Assembly: GCA_951406725.2 (NCBI GenBank)
Contig: OX597825.1
Coordinates: 67,518,001-67,582,000 of the forward strand
DNA length: 64,000 nt
Direction of reading: 5' to 3'
Origin: Octopus vulgaris
Lineage: Eukaryota
Shown here piece by piece: positions 15,052 to 28,669 of the stretch; position 1 is the stretch's first letter; every line of letters starts with the position of its first letter. Below the pieces are notes generated by a model. It had not been told where the DNA came from. It made no database searches and worked only from the letters and a program-made list of their open reading frames with translations. The position numbers were made by a program, and so were the translations under genes.

Positions 15052-15434
15052 CTCTTTTACTTGCTTCAGTCATTTAACTGCGGCCATGCTGGAGCACCGC
15101 CTTTAGTCGAGCAAATCGACCCCAGGGCTTATTCTTTGTAAGCCTAGTACTTATTCTATCGGTCATTTTTGCCGAAACGCTAAGTTACGATTACGTAAAC
15201 ACACCAGCATCGGTTGTCAAGCGATGTTGGGGGGTCAAACACAGACACACAAACATATATACACATATATATATATATATATACGACAGGCGTCTTTCAG
15301 CTTCCGTCTACCAAATCCACTCACAAGGCTTTGGTCGGCCCGAGGCTATAGCAGAAGACACTTGCCCAAGATGCTACGCACTGGGACTGAACCCGGACCC
15401 ATGTAGTTCGTAAGCAAGCTACTTACTACAGAGC

Positions 15435-15440
<6 letters not shown>
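15048..15440 (-). mobile_element. tRNA-derived SINE family A with internal microsatellite
   Basis: Head gtggctctgtagtaagtagcttgc...gggttcagtcccagtgcg, central (TA)/(TG) tract, tail aagtaaaagagtaa. Confidence 0.88.
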
Positions 15441-15472
<32 letters not shown>

Positions 15473-15968
15473 ACACTTTACAGGGATATATTTTCCAGGC
15501 GAGTACTGTGGTAGTTCACACATATGTTCCAGGTTACGGCATCAATTAGTATTTATCGTCCATGACTAATATGAGTTGTTCCTCACGCTGTAAATTCCTC
15601 CGATGGGTAATTCCGTGTTCGCTTCTCTGGACGGTAATATTATCTGGTGTGTATGTGAGCAGTAATTATGATGATAGAGAATATGGAATCTTGCTCATCC
15701 TCAAAATTTATTTCTTTTTCTTTTACAAGTTCATGCACCATATTTAGGGATCGAAGTAAGACTAACAGCACGAGCCTAAGCAAACTAACCTGATCTCTTA
15801 AAGATAGGAACCAGAGTTATATCACTGAGTGAGAGATAATTAGTACAGCTAAATAGTTTCTGGCAGGATGAAAAAGATGCGCTCTAAGGAAAGAAGAAAA
15901 TCTTTACATCGAGATACAAATTACTTTATAGCAGGCTAGGGAAGGTGTTGAGATGCTTGCATAAACAT

Positions 15969-16284
15969 TTTATTTATTTATGCGCCCTTATCAAACCTAG
16001 CCAGGCTCATGAGACCGGTTTCCCAGTTTCTGTGGCGTATGTATTCCCCCCAATTGGACGGGACGCCAGTCCATCGCAGCCTTACTCAAGAAACAGGAAG
16101 AGAGATGGAGAGGAAGTTGGGGTGAAAGAGCACAACGGAGGTCGCCACCACCCCCTGTCGGAGCTTCGTGGAGCTTTTGGTATTTTCGCTCAATAAACAC
16201 ACACAACGTCCGGTCTGGGAATCGAAACCACGATCCTCCGACCGCGAGTCCCGCTGCCCTAACCACTGGGCCATTGCGCCTCCA
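15969..16284 (-). mobile_element. chimeric SINE: family C head with family B tail
   Basis: 12 bp TSD ttgcataaacat (15957-15968 and 16286-16297); (TAAA)n tail. Confidence 0.9.
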
Positions 16285-16469
16285 TTTGCATAAACATATC
16301 AAAACATTTCAGAAATTTAATGAACGTTCTAGATAACTCAATATTCCACCCAGAGACGGGTGGGAGAAGACGAGTAGAAGAACATATCCTAAAATTCAAA
16401 GATATATGGCCTTTCCATAACCAATCTGGTATATATTCCGTCTACCTTCTACTATCCAGCATAAATACC

Positions 16470-17054
16470 TATTTCTTTACTGCCCACAAGGGGCTAAACA
16501 CAGAGAGGACAAACAAGGACAGACAAACGGGTTAAGTCTATTATATCGACCCCAGTGCGTAACTGGTACTTAATTAATTGACCCCGAAAGGATGAAAGGC
16601 AAAGTCGACCTCGGTGGAATTTGAACTCAGAACGCAACGGCAGACGAAATACCTATTTCTTTACTACCCACAAGGGGCTAAACGCAGAAGGGACAAACAA
16701 GGACAGACAAACGGATTAAGTCGATTACATCGACCCCAGTGCGTAACTGGTACTTATTTAATCGACCCCGAAAGGATGAAAGGCAAAGTCGACCTCGGTG
16801 GAATTTGAACTCAGAACGTAACGGCAGACGAAATACCTATTTCTTTACTACCCACAAGGGGCTAAACGCAGAAGGGACAAACGGATTAAGTCGATTACAT
16901 CGACCCCAGTGCGTAACTGGTACTTAATTAATTGACCCCGAAAGGATGAAAGGCAAAGTCGACCTCAGCGGAATTTGAACTCAGAACGCAACGGCAGACG
17001 AAATACCGCTAAGCATTTCGCCCGCCGCGCTAACGTATCTGCCAGCTCGCCGCC
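16470..17054 (-). mobile_element. SINE family D tandem trimer
   Basis: One full head plus two headless ~190 bp units, all within a 19 bp TSD actatccagcataaatacc (16451-16469 and 17055-17073). Confidence 0.9.
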
Positions 17055-17078
17055 ACTATCCAGCATAAATACCACAGC

Positions 17079-17443
17079 CATCATCATCATCATTGTTCGA
17101 CCGTGGTCGAGACAATGAAATTTACCATGCTACGCCAGACTTCACGGTCCATTCATAACATTACGGAGGTCCTGTTGCTGGATGCCTGTATCCCTGGAGA
17201 TTACATCAGGGTAGGAGAGTATGCGCCCTCTGGTATTGCGAGTAGATGGCTTCCAGAGAAAAAGAGTAGAAATTACTTCTTTTTCAGCTCTACAACAATG
17301 TCCAGCAAACTGGACTCTTCTACCTTTCACAAGAGATGACACAGGTGGTAGTTTCCCATATATTTGCATTTTGGTTGGATGGCGCTTCCACGAGAGATTT
17401 TGAGCTCTCATAAAGAGGCGAGTGTAGGTTCCATCCAACCGCT
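17079..17443 (-). mobile_element. RTE-group LINE 3' end
   Basis: ORF DGTYTRLFMRAQNLSWKRHPT...RRVQFAGHCCRA...LWKP...RGR typical of RTE/RTEX C-terminus; (GAT)n tail. Confidence 0.85.
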
Positions 17444-17564
17444 CACTATCTGCGTGCTAATGGAAGTGGCCCCATTGGCTACTACCATCTGACTTCTATT
17501 CTTCAGAAAGTCGTGAAGCCATTCTCCTAGTTTTCCAACTATGCCAAGATCACGCAGTTTGTGA
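17439..17564 (-). mobile_element. CR1-group LINE RT fragment, inverted
   Basis: Reverse complement is highly similar to 19196-19322 ([17 protein letters not shown]...SG). Confidence 0.85.
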
Positions 17565-17591
17565 TCCTTCCTTTATATCGATGTAATATAA

Positions 17592-18115
17592 ATGTACACG
17601 AAGAAGATAGCCTCTATGCAGAATGTAAGCTACTGGGAAAGACTCAAGAGATTAAAATTATATTCCCTGGAGCGTAGGCGGGAAAGATATGCCATAATAT
17701 ACATCTGGAAGATCCTGGAGGGAAGTGTCCTGAACTTTGGCATCGAGAGTTACGCAAACGCCAGAACTGGGCGCCACTGCGTGGTGCCTAGGACTCCAAA
17801 CTTGCCATCAAGATGTAGGACAAGATTCTGTGATAGCCTGGGCTTCCGAGGCCCACAGCTCTTCAATATCCTCCCGATGAACCTGAGAGACCTGCATGGG
17901 GTGGATACAGATGTCTTTAAAATGAAGCTGGATCTCTTCCTGTCAGGTGTCCCAGATGAACCAACTTCACGGCAGGAGGGGCAGATGAGGGCAGCTGCAT
18001 CGAACTCTCTCATGCACCAAATAGCAGTTGCTAGAAAGCCTCCATGAAGTGAAACCAAGTAGCAACACCAAATGGCGGTGCCCCAGCATGGCCACAGCTC
18101 ATAAGCTGAAACTGG

Positions 18116-18146
<31 letters not shown>
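17592..18146 (+). mobile_element. CR1-group LINE 3' end with (ATCA)n tail
   Basis: ORF SYWERLKRLKLYSLERRRER...GPQLFNILP...FKMKLDLFLSGVPDEP followed by short 3' UTR and tandem tail. Confidence 0.88.
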
Positions 18147-19039
<893 letters not shown>

Positions 19040-19042
<3 letters not shown>

Positions 19043-19688
19043 CCAACATGGTTTCCGACCAGGGAGAAGCTGTTTAACTCAGCTCCTACAACACTATGAC
19101 TGGGTGCTGAAACGGCTGCTCAACCACTCAAATGTGGAAGTGATATATCTCGACTTTGCAAAGGCCTTTGATAAAGTCGATCATGGAATGATATGTCACA
19201 AACTGCGTGATCTCAACATAGTTGGAAAACTGGGAGAATGGCTTCATGACTTTCTGAAGGATAGAAGTCAGGTGGTAGTAGCCAATGGGGCCACCTCCAT
19301 TAACACACAAATAGTGAGCGGTGTTCCGCAGGGCACTGTTCTGGGACCACTACTGTTCATAATGGCCCTCTCAGACATGCCCTCAGCCACGCAGAGAGCC
19401 ACGATCACAAGTTATGCAGATGATACAAAAGTTTCACAGGCAATACAGAACCCTGAGGACACTAAATACCTGCAATGTGAGCTGGACGAAATATACAAGT
19501 GGGCTGAAAAGAATAGTATGCAGTTCAATGCTGGAAAGTTTCAAGCTTTATACTATCAGCATGCAAAATTGAATGCAATACCCAATGAATACACTGGACC
19601 CGGAGGGATTGCAATCCCAGAGGCACAATCAGTGCGTGACCTGGGTATTCACATGAGTGATGTCGCGACCTTTCATGTACATATATAA
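19040..19688 (+). pseudogene. CR1-group non-LTR reverse transcriptase domain fragment (frame intact, truncated both ends)
   Basis: [64 protein letters not shown]. Confidence 0.93.
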
Positions 19689-19857
19689 ACAGAAGATACA
19701 AATATTACAGTCATCCCCCACATACACATACTAAATAAAAATAAACATAAACGCACATAGAGATATAAGCCTGCGCAAATGAAGACATACAATAGAAATA
19801 CAAAATGGCTGACGGTTAGTAAGGAGAGACACAAATAAGTGAGAAGAAAACAAAGGA

Positions 19858-19897
19858 CCACTGATGCGGTCACAGGAGTGTGACGAAAGAACTCTGG
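19858..19897 (+). ncRNA. non-canonical hammerhead-like motif (CUGAUGC core) in short PLE-like element ~19690-20020
   Basis: cca CTGATGC g GTCAC aggagt GTGAC GAAAG aa CTC tgg; related downstream sequence at ~40400-40545. Confidence 0.5.
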
Positions 19898-20865
19898 CCG
19901 AAATAAGATTAAGATTAATGTAAAAAATAAATAACACTGAAGCAAAGTAACACCAAATATATAGTGCGTGTGTTTTTATTGGCTAAACTGGCAAAATGAC
20001 CATTCCGAAATATAACAATATCTGTTTCAACACACGACTTCACATAAAAAATCTTGCACAACAAATATTTAAACGTACTATATATATATAGATTATGGTT
20101 CCGTTATCGGAAAGATCAACGAAAAAATTACTCCAAGTTGTGAGAAGTATATATAATTTAATATATGCAGTATTTAAACATTAGCTAGTATTATACTTTC
20201 ATGATATGGAATATAGATTTATATATCATGCCTTGCGCTTCCAAACAGTCTTTCAGACTCAAATACACAGCATGTATATTTGAAGAAAAAAAAAATGAAT
20301 TGACGTTGGTTTATAAGAATAAACGAGACTAATCGTATCTCGCATTGAAACACTGAATTATATATGTAAGTAATTTACTTATGAAATGAAATAATATGAA
20401 TTCTGTTTCCGAAACAATTGTTGTGAGATAAAAAAAAGAAACAATCCATTTATAACTTTATACACTTTTTACTGTTTGTTTTCTCTTGTTTCCTAATACA
20501 AATTCTGTGTATTGTAGTCATTAATTATAGTTTTTATGAGTAACACATGATTAGTTGATCCATATATTGTGAATATATATATATATATATATACAAATAT
20601 ATTTATATATAATATATACATATATATGTATATATATATACATATATATATACATATAATATATGCATATATATACATATATAGATGTACATATATATGT
20701 ATATATACATATATATATACATAAATACATATATACACATATATATACATGTATACATATATGCATATATATATACGTATATATAAATACATAAATATAT
20801 ATACATATATATATGTGCATAAATAAATATACATATATACATATACATATATATACAGACAAACA

Positions 20866-20958
<93 letters not shown>

Positions 20959-21519
20959 GAAGTTCATTTATAAGCACACCCACAAATACACATCAGATGC
21001 CCAGTTATATGATCTTGTATATAGACATGTGTGTGTGTACGTGCGCGCGCGCGCGTGTGTGTGTGTGAGTGTGTGTGTATGTGTGTTTTTTTTTTCGTTT
21101 GTTTCTCGTGGTGTGCAGATTTTATATAATGATAAAAGAGAAAAATATTTTGATGAAGAAATACTTTTTTTTTCTATTTTTACTTATCAGACCGAAGCAG
21201 TGAGCTATCAGAAACATTACTGCACCAATCAAAATGCTTGGCCGCCTTCCTTGCGGCTTCACATTCCGAGTTCAAATTGTGCCGAGACTTACTTCCCTCG
21301 TAATCCTTTCGGGATAGATACAAATAAGTTCCAGCTGAGCACTGACGGCTAAGTAATCGCTCCCAAAAATGTCAGGCCTTGAGCCAAAATCTGAAAGAAT
21401 TATTATTTACCAAATTGACATAAGCGCTCTTTTCCTATATACTTCTTGTATCTACGTGAATACTGAGGCACATATAATCATGTGTATGTAAATATATACC
21501 TATATATATATATATATAT

Positions 21520-22040
21520 AATTAAAATTATAAATTAAGGTGCCTTCGAGATACTACCATGTTGAAAACAGCAGCTATGATCTGACTCTAAAACCACCTT
21601 AATTGTCCATATATCAACACGGAGGGCAGTTGAACTGACCATGATGCATACGTGTATATATATGTAGGTATACGTTCGTATATGTAAGTATTCGTATGTT
21701 GTGCTTATATATATATATGTGTATTTATGTTTCTCTTCTGTGTGTATTCTACTGACGAGGCAAAGCATTACTAAATGCAAAGTCAGAAATCCTGGATCTA
21801 GAATTATCCAGTAATTTTTTTACTTGTTTCATCTTGTCTCTTTGTTTTCTCTCCGTGTTGATATATGGACAATTAAGGTGGTTTTAGAGTCAGATCATGG
21901 CTGCTATTTTCAGCATAGTGGTATCTCGTAGATACCCTAATTTATAATTTTGATAATTATTAGCTTTGAAGGTTATCTTTTCCATGCTGACCACTTGATG
22001 AAATCGTTATTTTATTTTTTAATTAACTATCAAATCCTTA
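21520..22040 (+). mobile_element. short non-autonomous PLE-like element with inverted terminal segment
   Basis: 21528-21624 is an inverted copy of 21851-21947; contains HHR; flanked by (TA)n; homologous to 59077-59665. Confidence 0.65.
21746..21804 (+). ncRNA. type I hammerhead ribozyme
   Basis: attcta CTGACGA ggc aaa gcatt acta aatgc aaa gtc a GAAAT CCTGG ATC tagaat; perfect 6 bp stem I, AUC triplet. Confidence 0.75.
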
Positions 22041-22054
22041 TATATATATATATC

Positions 22055-23097
22055 GCGTTCCTTCGACATACCTCGACAAACTCAATATTTGACAACATTT
22101 GACATCTGGTATTCCTATGACAGTTGCTGAAATCGGAGGAGGAGAAGAAAGCAAGATAATGCGTTGTGGGTGCGTGCTTGTTCTTGTCTGTGTCTGTGTG
22201 TGTGCCTGTTTTGTTTTTATGTATTGTGTTGTCCGGAAAGTTCGTGCCGATTTATAGTAGCTTACATTTCGACTTATTTTAGAACATGGTTGAGTCCATA
22301 AAATCGGAGTTGACTACACCTCTATTTAGCGCACAGTTTAAACTATCTTTTCGTGGAAGAAGGTTTATGTTCCTACAACCTGTGTTAATTCTGTAACCCT
22401 TTAAAATGGAAGATAAGAAAGTTCATTTTCAGCAGTTGATGCTTTGGGAGCCAGACAAAAATTGCTGCAGCTCGGTTGGAATGTGTTTCCCCACCCTCCA
22501 TATTCACTAGATATTGCTCCTTCGAATTTCCACTTATTCAGGTCTCTGCAGAATAGTCTTAATGGCAAAATTCCAATTCCTTGGATAACGTAAAAAGATA
22601 CCTTGATGAATTATTTACCATGAAACCACCTCAGTTCTGGGAAGAGGGTATTTTCAAGTTAAAGGAAAGATGGAGACGCATTGTACAACAAAATGGTTCA
22701 TATTTGGATGATTAAAAATGTAATGGCAAATGTTTATTGATCTTTTTCTTTCCTTTAAAAATCGGCATGAACTTTCCGGACAACCCAATATTTATGTGTT
22801 GTTGAATATAGATATAACGAAATTATGCCAGCAATATCTCATTTTAAACTTGAAGAAAAAAAGCTTTGCATATTTGTTCTTACGTGCTTCATGTGTGTAT
22901 GTAAAATCCGCAAATTTCCAAGCAGGAATCAGAATCGATGATTACACAGACGCAGACAAGAACAAGCATGCACACACAACGCAATAGCTTTCTTCTCCTC
23001 CTCCTCCTCCTCCCATTTCAGCAACTGTCACGGAAATACCCGATGTCAAATGTTGTCAAATGTTGAGTTTCTTGCGTTATATCGATCGAAGGAACGC
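22055..23097. mobile_element. MITE-like element with ~145 bp degenerate terminal inverted repeats
   Basis: 22055-22200 and 22943-23097 are reverse complements (tttgacaacatttgacatc / gatgtcaaatgttgtcaaa; gacagttgctgaaat / atttcagcaactgtc). Confidence 0.65.
22224..22788 (+). mobile_element. internally deleted mariner element
   Basis: TIRs ttgtgttgtccggaaagttcgtgccgattt / aaatcggcatgaactttccggacaacccaa, TA duplication both sides; MEDKKVHF N-terminus joined to LGWNVFPHPPYSLDIAPSNFHLFRSLQN. Confidence 0.92.
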
Positions 23098-23098
23098 C

Positions 23099-23129
<31 letters not shown>

Positions 23130-23372
23130 TGAGGGAGAGAGATCTTCAAATCTGTGTGTGCATATACCCATGAATACACGTATAATTAGCTACATATGTG
23201 CAACTGTATGTGTATATTCCTGTATGTACAGAGATATGTATGTGGCTGCATGTATTATGTGTCTTCATGTAAAAGTGAATATGTGTGTCGCAAATATACG
23301 TAGATATAGACATGCATACATACATATGTGTGTGTCTGGCTGTATGTTTTCATGTGTGTGCATCTATATATG

Positions 23373-23404
<32 letters not shown>

Positions 23405-23467
23405 TGTATGTATGTATGTACGCACATACAGACACACATACAGAACTGGTATGTGTTTAACACTGAC

Positions 23468-23613
23468 GTTATTTCCTGTCACATTGATTCTGCAATGTAG
23501 CTTCAAAGCTCTGCATACTTGACGTCGGCGTCTTGCCAAGAATCTCTTTGGATACGCAAACCTTTCAGCTATATCTCCTACCAAAGCCAACCGTCCACAT
23601 TTCCTTAGTTCAC
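23468..23613 (-). CDS. candidate internal exon, unknown product
   Basis: 146 nt, tgtaag acceptor and gtcagt donor, open frame GELRKCGRLALVGDIAERFAYPKRFLARRRRQVCRALKLHCRINVTGNN, non-repetitive. Confidence 0.3.
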
Positions 23614-24349
23614 CTTACAACCAGAAACAAATTACACTTAATTGTGAAATTATTTGGCTACCGACACCGTGGGTCACTTATTGAGTTTTAATACTTTCAG
23701 TCAGATTCAGTTGTGAATATGCAAAACGGCTTATATTTCGACATTGGCGAACAATTTCTCCTCTCAGACACATGCGTGTATATAACACACTCGATTCATT
23801 AATGTAAGGGGATTATGGAACACCTGGTGTTTCAGCATTGTCGTGCCTCCTCAGCCAAGTCTACCACGGAATATTTAATCTTGACAAGAGTGTGTGGCTG
23901 TTGGTTATAACTTCAGCACACAAATTATTTGATTTAGTTAAATATAATTCTAACAAGTTGTCTAGCTTATCATTGGCCTTGGAATTATGTAATTAGCGTA
24001 GAAGCAATAGAACAGTAATACCTATTGTTATGAGAATGATGAAAGGTCGAGCGCAGAATTAGAATAATAGATGCGAAATTTACGCAACAACAACGTCTGT
24101 TTTCGATAACACAGCTCGGGATGCGGGCAAAATGTCCTAGATCGTAACAATCCTTGTGAGGGAAATTATTTGAGCATATTATGTATGTCAGTGTGTAAGG
24201 TAACCTGTGGTTGTAATTGCTATAGGTCCCAACTTGGTCAGTAATAGTGCCATGTTAAGAGTATGAATGTTTGTAAAATATTAGCAATGTATTTTTTGTG
24301 AATTAAACGGACGGAAAGAATGAGCAGCAGATATAATTTTTATGAAATA

Positions 24350-24646
24350 CTAGCAGTATCGCCCGGCGTTGCTCGGGTTTGTAAGGGAAATAACTATATA
24401 AGCATTTTTAGAGAGTTATAGCCAAAAAAATAGCAAAAACATGCATTAAAAATGGAAAAAAAATGATGGTAAATTTTTTTTAAATTGTAGACTCATCATA
24501 GACGCGCGCTAATACCCAGAAGGGCTCGATATGAATCATGACTATAAGATACCCGGTTTTGGTTAAACTGCACCGCAAAATGTGGGAGTAGTTAGGAATC
24601 TAAATCGTAGGAGACAGACACACAACTTGACTTTTATATATAAAGA
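24350..24646 (-). mobile_element. non-autonomous Helitron, copy 2
   Basis: Same TC...hairpin-CTAG termini and AT target as 426-807. Confidence 0.85.
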
Positions 24647-25167
24647 TTTATCTTTCAGGATTGTTCATCATTACGTCTACCGTTGTTGAACTAAAAACAG
24701 TTACATATTTAACAACTCAATTGACCTCGACGTGATTTGAACTTATATATTACCGCAAATCATCCTTCCCGACGATCTAACAACTGTGCCAAATAGCTTT
24801 CCAGCATTTCTATAATGCAGTGAGTGAAAGAAATAAAAGAATTAAAGAATATAATAATTCTTTACAGAAGAAAGCTTAAACTGTCGAATGAAGCACATTT
24901 AATAAAGGTATTGATTTGGATGCTACTTATGGTAGGAGCAACCGGGCTCAAACTTGGCTCCTTTATGTTCTCGTCTTTTCTGATAAACTGACCAGTGTCC
25001 GTCCTAGTACAGTATGAGTGACATCGAATTTTCAATGAAGACTAATGTCCTTCACATTGTTCTCAAATATTCGTTTCTATTATAGGCAAAAGGCCTCTTT
25101 TGTTTCCATGGGTTTTTTTTTTCTTCTTTTAATTTTCGTCTTTTGCAAGACTATTACATGGACCCCA

Positions 25168-25566
25168 GTGGAGGCGCGATGGCCCAGTGGTTAGGGCAGC
25201 GGACTCGCGGTCGTAGGATTGCGGTTTCGATTCCCAGACCGGGCGCTGTGAGTGTTTATTGAGCGAAAACACCTAAAGCTCCACGAGGCTCCGGCAGGGG
25301 ATGGTGATGATCCCTGCTGTACTCTTTCACCACAACTTTCTCTCACTCTTACTTCCTGTTTCTGTTGTACCTGTATTTCAAGGGGCCGGCCTTGTCACTC
25401 TCTGTGTCACGCTGAATATCCCCGAGAACTACGTTAAGGGTACACGTGACTGTGGAGTGCTCAGCCACTTACACGTTAATTTCACGAGCAGGCTGTTCCG
25501 TTGATTCGGATCAACCGGAACCCTCATCGTCGTAACCGACGGAGTGCTTAAAAATAAAAAAAAAAA
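25168..25566 (+). mobile_element. SINE family C with A-rich tail, nested in older D-like SINE
   Basis: Duplicated acatggac(c/t)ccagtg flanks; near-identical to 12524 copy. Confidence 0.9.
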
Positions 25567-25819
25567 ACATGGACTCCAGTGCTCAAATGGTTCTTATTTG
25601 ATCGACTCCATAAGGATGAAAGCTATAGTTAACCTCGGCGGAATTTGAATCCTGAATGTAAAGACGAACAAAATGCCGCTGAGCATTTCGCCCGGTGTGC
25701 TAACGTTTCTGCCAGCTCGTCGCCTTATCGCGATCTAATTTTAAGTATCTCGAATTTTGGCCAAGACCAGCAAATTTGGGGCACAGGTTAAGTCGATTAC
25801 ATCGACCCCAGTGCTCAAA

Positions 25820-26050
25820 TGGCGAGCTGGCAGAAACGGTAGCACGCCGGGCGAAATGCTTAGCGGTATTTCGTCTGCGTTACGTTGTGAGTTCAAATTC
25901 CGCCGAGGTCGACTTTGCCTTCCATCCTTTCGGGGTTGATAAATTAAGTACCAGTTACGCACTGGGGTCGATGTAATTGACTTAATCCGTGTGTCTGTCC
26001 TTGTTTATCCCCTCTGTGTTTAGCCCCTTGTGAGTAATAATGAAATAGGT
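25820..26050 (+). mobile_element. SINE family D inserted antisense into an older D-like copy (25745-26187, - strand)
   Basis: Host sequence cagtgctcaaatgg | ggtacttatttt is split by the insert. Confidence 0.85.
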
Positions 26051-26344
26051 ACTTATTTTTCCGACACCGAAAGGATGAAAGGCAAAGTCTACCTCGGCGG
26101 AATTTGAACTCATGAGCGTAAAGCTGAACGAAATCCCATTAAACATCTCGCCCCGCGCAGCAAAGATTCAGCAAGCTGACTGCCTTACCGATTTCAACTC
26201 CACAACGATGGAGTCTTCATACAGTTACTCATCCTGCTAGAAATCGCAGCGATATTATGTTGGTCAATTTTCCCGAAGCACTAGATAACGGGGACTTAAA
26301 CAAACTGGTTTTCAAGTGGTTGGGTCGAACAAAAAGAAAGATTC

Positions 26345-26750
26345 ACTCACGTGGCTGTGTGGTAAGTAGCTTGCTAAACAACCACATGGTTCCGGGTTCA
26401 GTCCCACTGCGTGGCATCTTGGGCAAGTGTCTTCTACTATAGCCCCGGGCCGACCAATGCCTTGTGAGTGGATTTGGTAGACAGAAACTGAAAGAAGCCT
26501 GTCGTATATATGTATATATATATATGAGTGTGCGTGTTTGTGTGTCTATGTTTATCCCCCTAGCATTGCTTGACAACCGATGCTGGTGTGTTTATGTCCC
26601 CGTTACTTAGCGGTTCGGCAAAAGAGACCGATAGAATAAGTACTGGGCTTACAAAAATAATAAGTTCCGGCGCCGAGTTACTCGATTAAAGGCGGTGCTC
26701 CAGCATGGCCGCAGTCAAATGACTGAAACAAATAAAAGAGTAAAAGAGAG
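26345..26750 (+). mobile_element. SINE family A
   Basis: gtggctgtgtggtaagtagcttgc A box, gggttcagtccc B box, internal microsatellite, aaataaaagagtaaaagag tail. Confidence 0.88.
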
Positions 26751-27314
26751 AGTCACTCACGCAGAAACACACATACAGACACACAAACACACACACGCAC
26801 ACACACACATACATATATGTATATAACAAATTTTCACAGAGTTTCTCTCTACAAAATTCACTCATTGACCGAGGGCTGTAGTTGAAGACACTTCTCGCAG
26901 GTCCCATGCAGTAGGACTAAACCTCGTGTGTGTGTGCTCGCGCGCATGTGTAAGCGTGTGCATGTGGCGACTGGGGGGGCTAATATTTCTCAATTTCACA
27001 GGCCATTTATATCCCAACCCCCAAGAATTACGAGCCTCGTGACTAGAGTAGAAAAGAATACATATAACAACTAGCGAATGAATATGAAGTTTACATAAAA
27101 CGTAGCGATAAGAGCAAAGCCGTACATTCTACTTCATTGCATCGTTGAATTGAATCCAACTTGAGATGAAAGTTCATTGTAATAGATTAGAGTATCATAT
27201 TTGTTTGCTATGTTGTTTAGTACCTTAACACCACAGTACTCGGAGTTCGAACAAAAGGTAAGCAGGCAGACAATGAGATCTGTTTTTGTTGTCACTATCT
27301 TTGTTATCTTTTGT

Positions 27315-27565
27315 TTTTTCTTCGTTTCAGTCGTTGGACTGCGCCCGCGCTGGAGCATCGCCTTGAGGGGCTTTTAGTCAACTAAATCAACACCAGTACT
27401 CATTATTTAGTGTTGTGCTTATTGTAGCGATCCTTTTTACCGAACTACTAGGTTTACGGAGACGTTAAAAAACCAAGAACAATTACTATGAGGTGGTGGT
27501 GGACAAATGTAAATATGTAGACACACAGACACAAAGACACACGCACACAAACGAGCATATATACG

Positions 27566-27610
<45 letters not shown>

Positions 27611-27775
27611 GACGGGCTTTCACACACTTTCTGTCTATCAAATTCATTCACCAAGCATTTGTCGGTATAGGGCTTTAGTATAAGATCGTGGTCCAAGGTG
27701 CTGCGTAGTTAAACTGAACCCGAAACTACATGGTTGCAAAGCCAGGATCTTAACCAGACAGCCATGCCTGCGCCA
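27315..27775 (-). mobile_element. SINE family A, older copy
   Basis: Diverged match to family A with central (TA)n. Confidence 0.75.
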
Positions 27776-27859
27776 GTACCTGTTAACTTATGGTATACCC
27801 GAGTCAGTCATATAAATAAAGACATTCCATTCGTGACTACTCCATTTTTATTGTCTTAC

Positions 27860-28015
27860 ATCTTTTGTTTTTTGTTGTAGTAAGTGTTATTTAAGAGAGA
27901 TTGTGCTGTTGTTGCTAGCATACTAAACGACAACGAAGGGGCTCTCTTGTTGACCTTTGGAAGGCCATTAGCTACTATACCAGCTAAAAGGAAAATGCTT
28001 ATAACCATTTCGGGG
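27860..28015 (-). CDS. candidate internal exon, unknown product
   Basis: 156 nt, phase-symmetric, pyrimidine-rich acceptor ttttacttccattcag and donor gtaaga, single open frame PEMVISIFLLAGIVANGLPKVNKRAPSLSFSMLATTAQSLLNNTYYNKKQK. Confidence 0.35.
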
Positions 28016-28669
28016 CTGAATGGAAGTAAAACTACAACCAAAACAAAACCTCTATGTATTTTTAATCTTTTATATAGCATTAGATAATGTTAAAGAAACT
28101 GACACCTTATACATGCACGTCCGTGTCAAACTCAAAGGTCACGTTGACACGTACATGCAGAATATTTCAGTGTTAATTCGACACATGAGACGAAGCCTCA
28201 TTTAGCCTCCTGTATTACATATTGAAGCAGCTATTGATATCTATTCTTAATTACTAGAATAACATGCATTGTAGCGTAATATTACCATATCTACTATATG
28301 TTGCATGAAGCAAATTGCGTAACGATTAAAACGTGTAATTACAATATAATTGAAATTGGCGAATATATGTTATTGCATGAAATATTGCAGAGAGCCAAAG
28401 AATGACGGTGAATCCAGTTACTGCTTTTGTAGTCTTGTCTCTGTTCAGCTCCAATCAAGCTTTTTTAGCTACAGCTATCGCTCTTTCTATTTCTGTTTAG
28501 TTATATTGTATCTAGAAACACATTACGCAATGTCTACTTTCGCTTTTAAGACAGTAAGCCGTGATTCCATATGGATAGCAATTGTGAATGTGTGGTTCAG
28601 CGGCTTACATCGCAATCACATGGTCTTTGGTTCAGTCCCACAATGCCTCAACTTGCACGAGTGTCTTTT

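Noticed and set aside
16470-17054. Regularly spaced repeats suggesting a CRISPR-like array
   Set aside because: Tandem SINE units without unique spacers; eukaryotic context, no cas genes
28350-28500. - strand ERAIAV...ILWLSA resembling GPCR TM3-TM4
   Set aside because: In-frame stops, no flanking helices, equally compatible with a decayed LINE motif or chance
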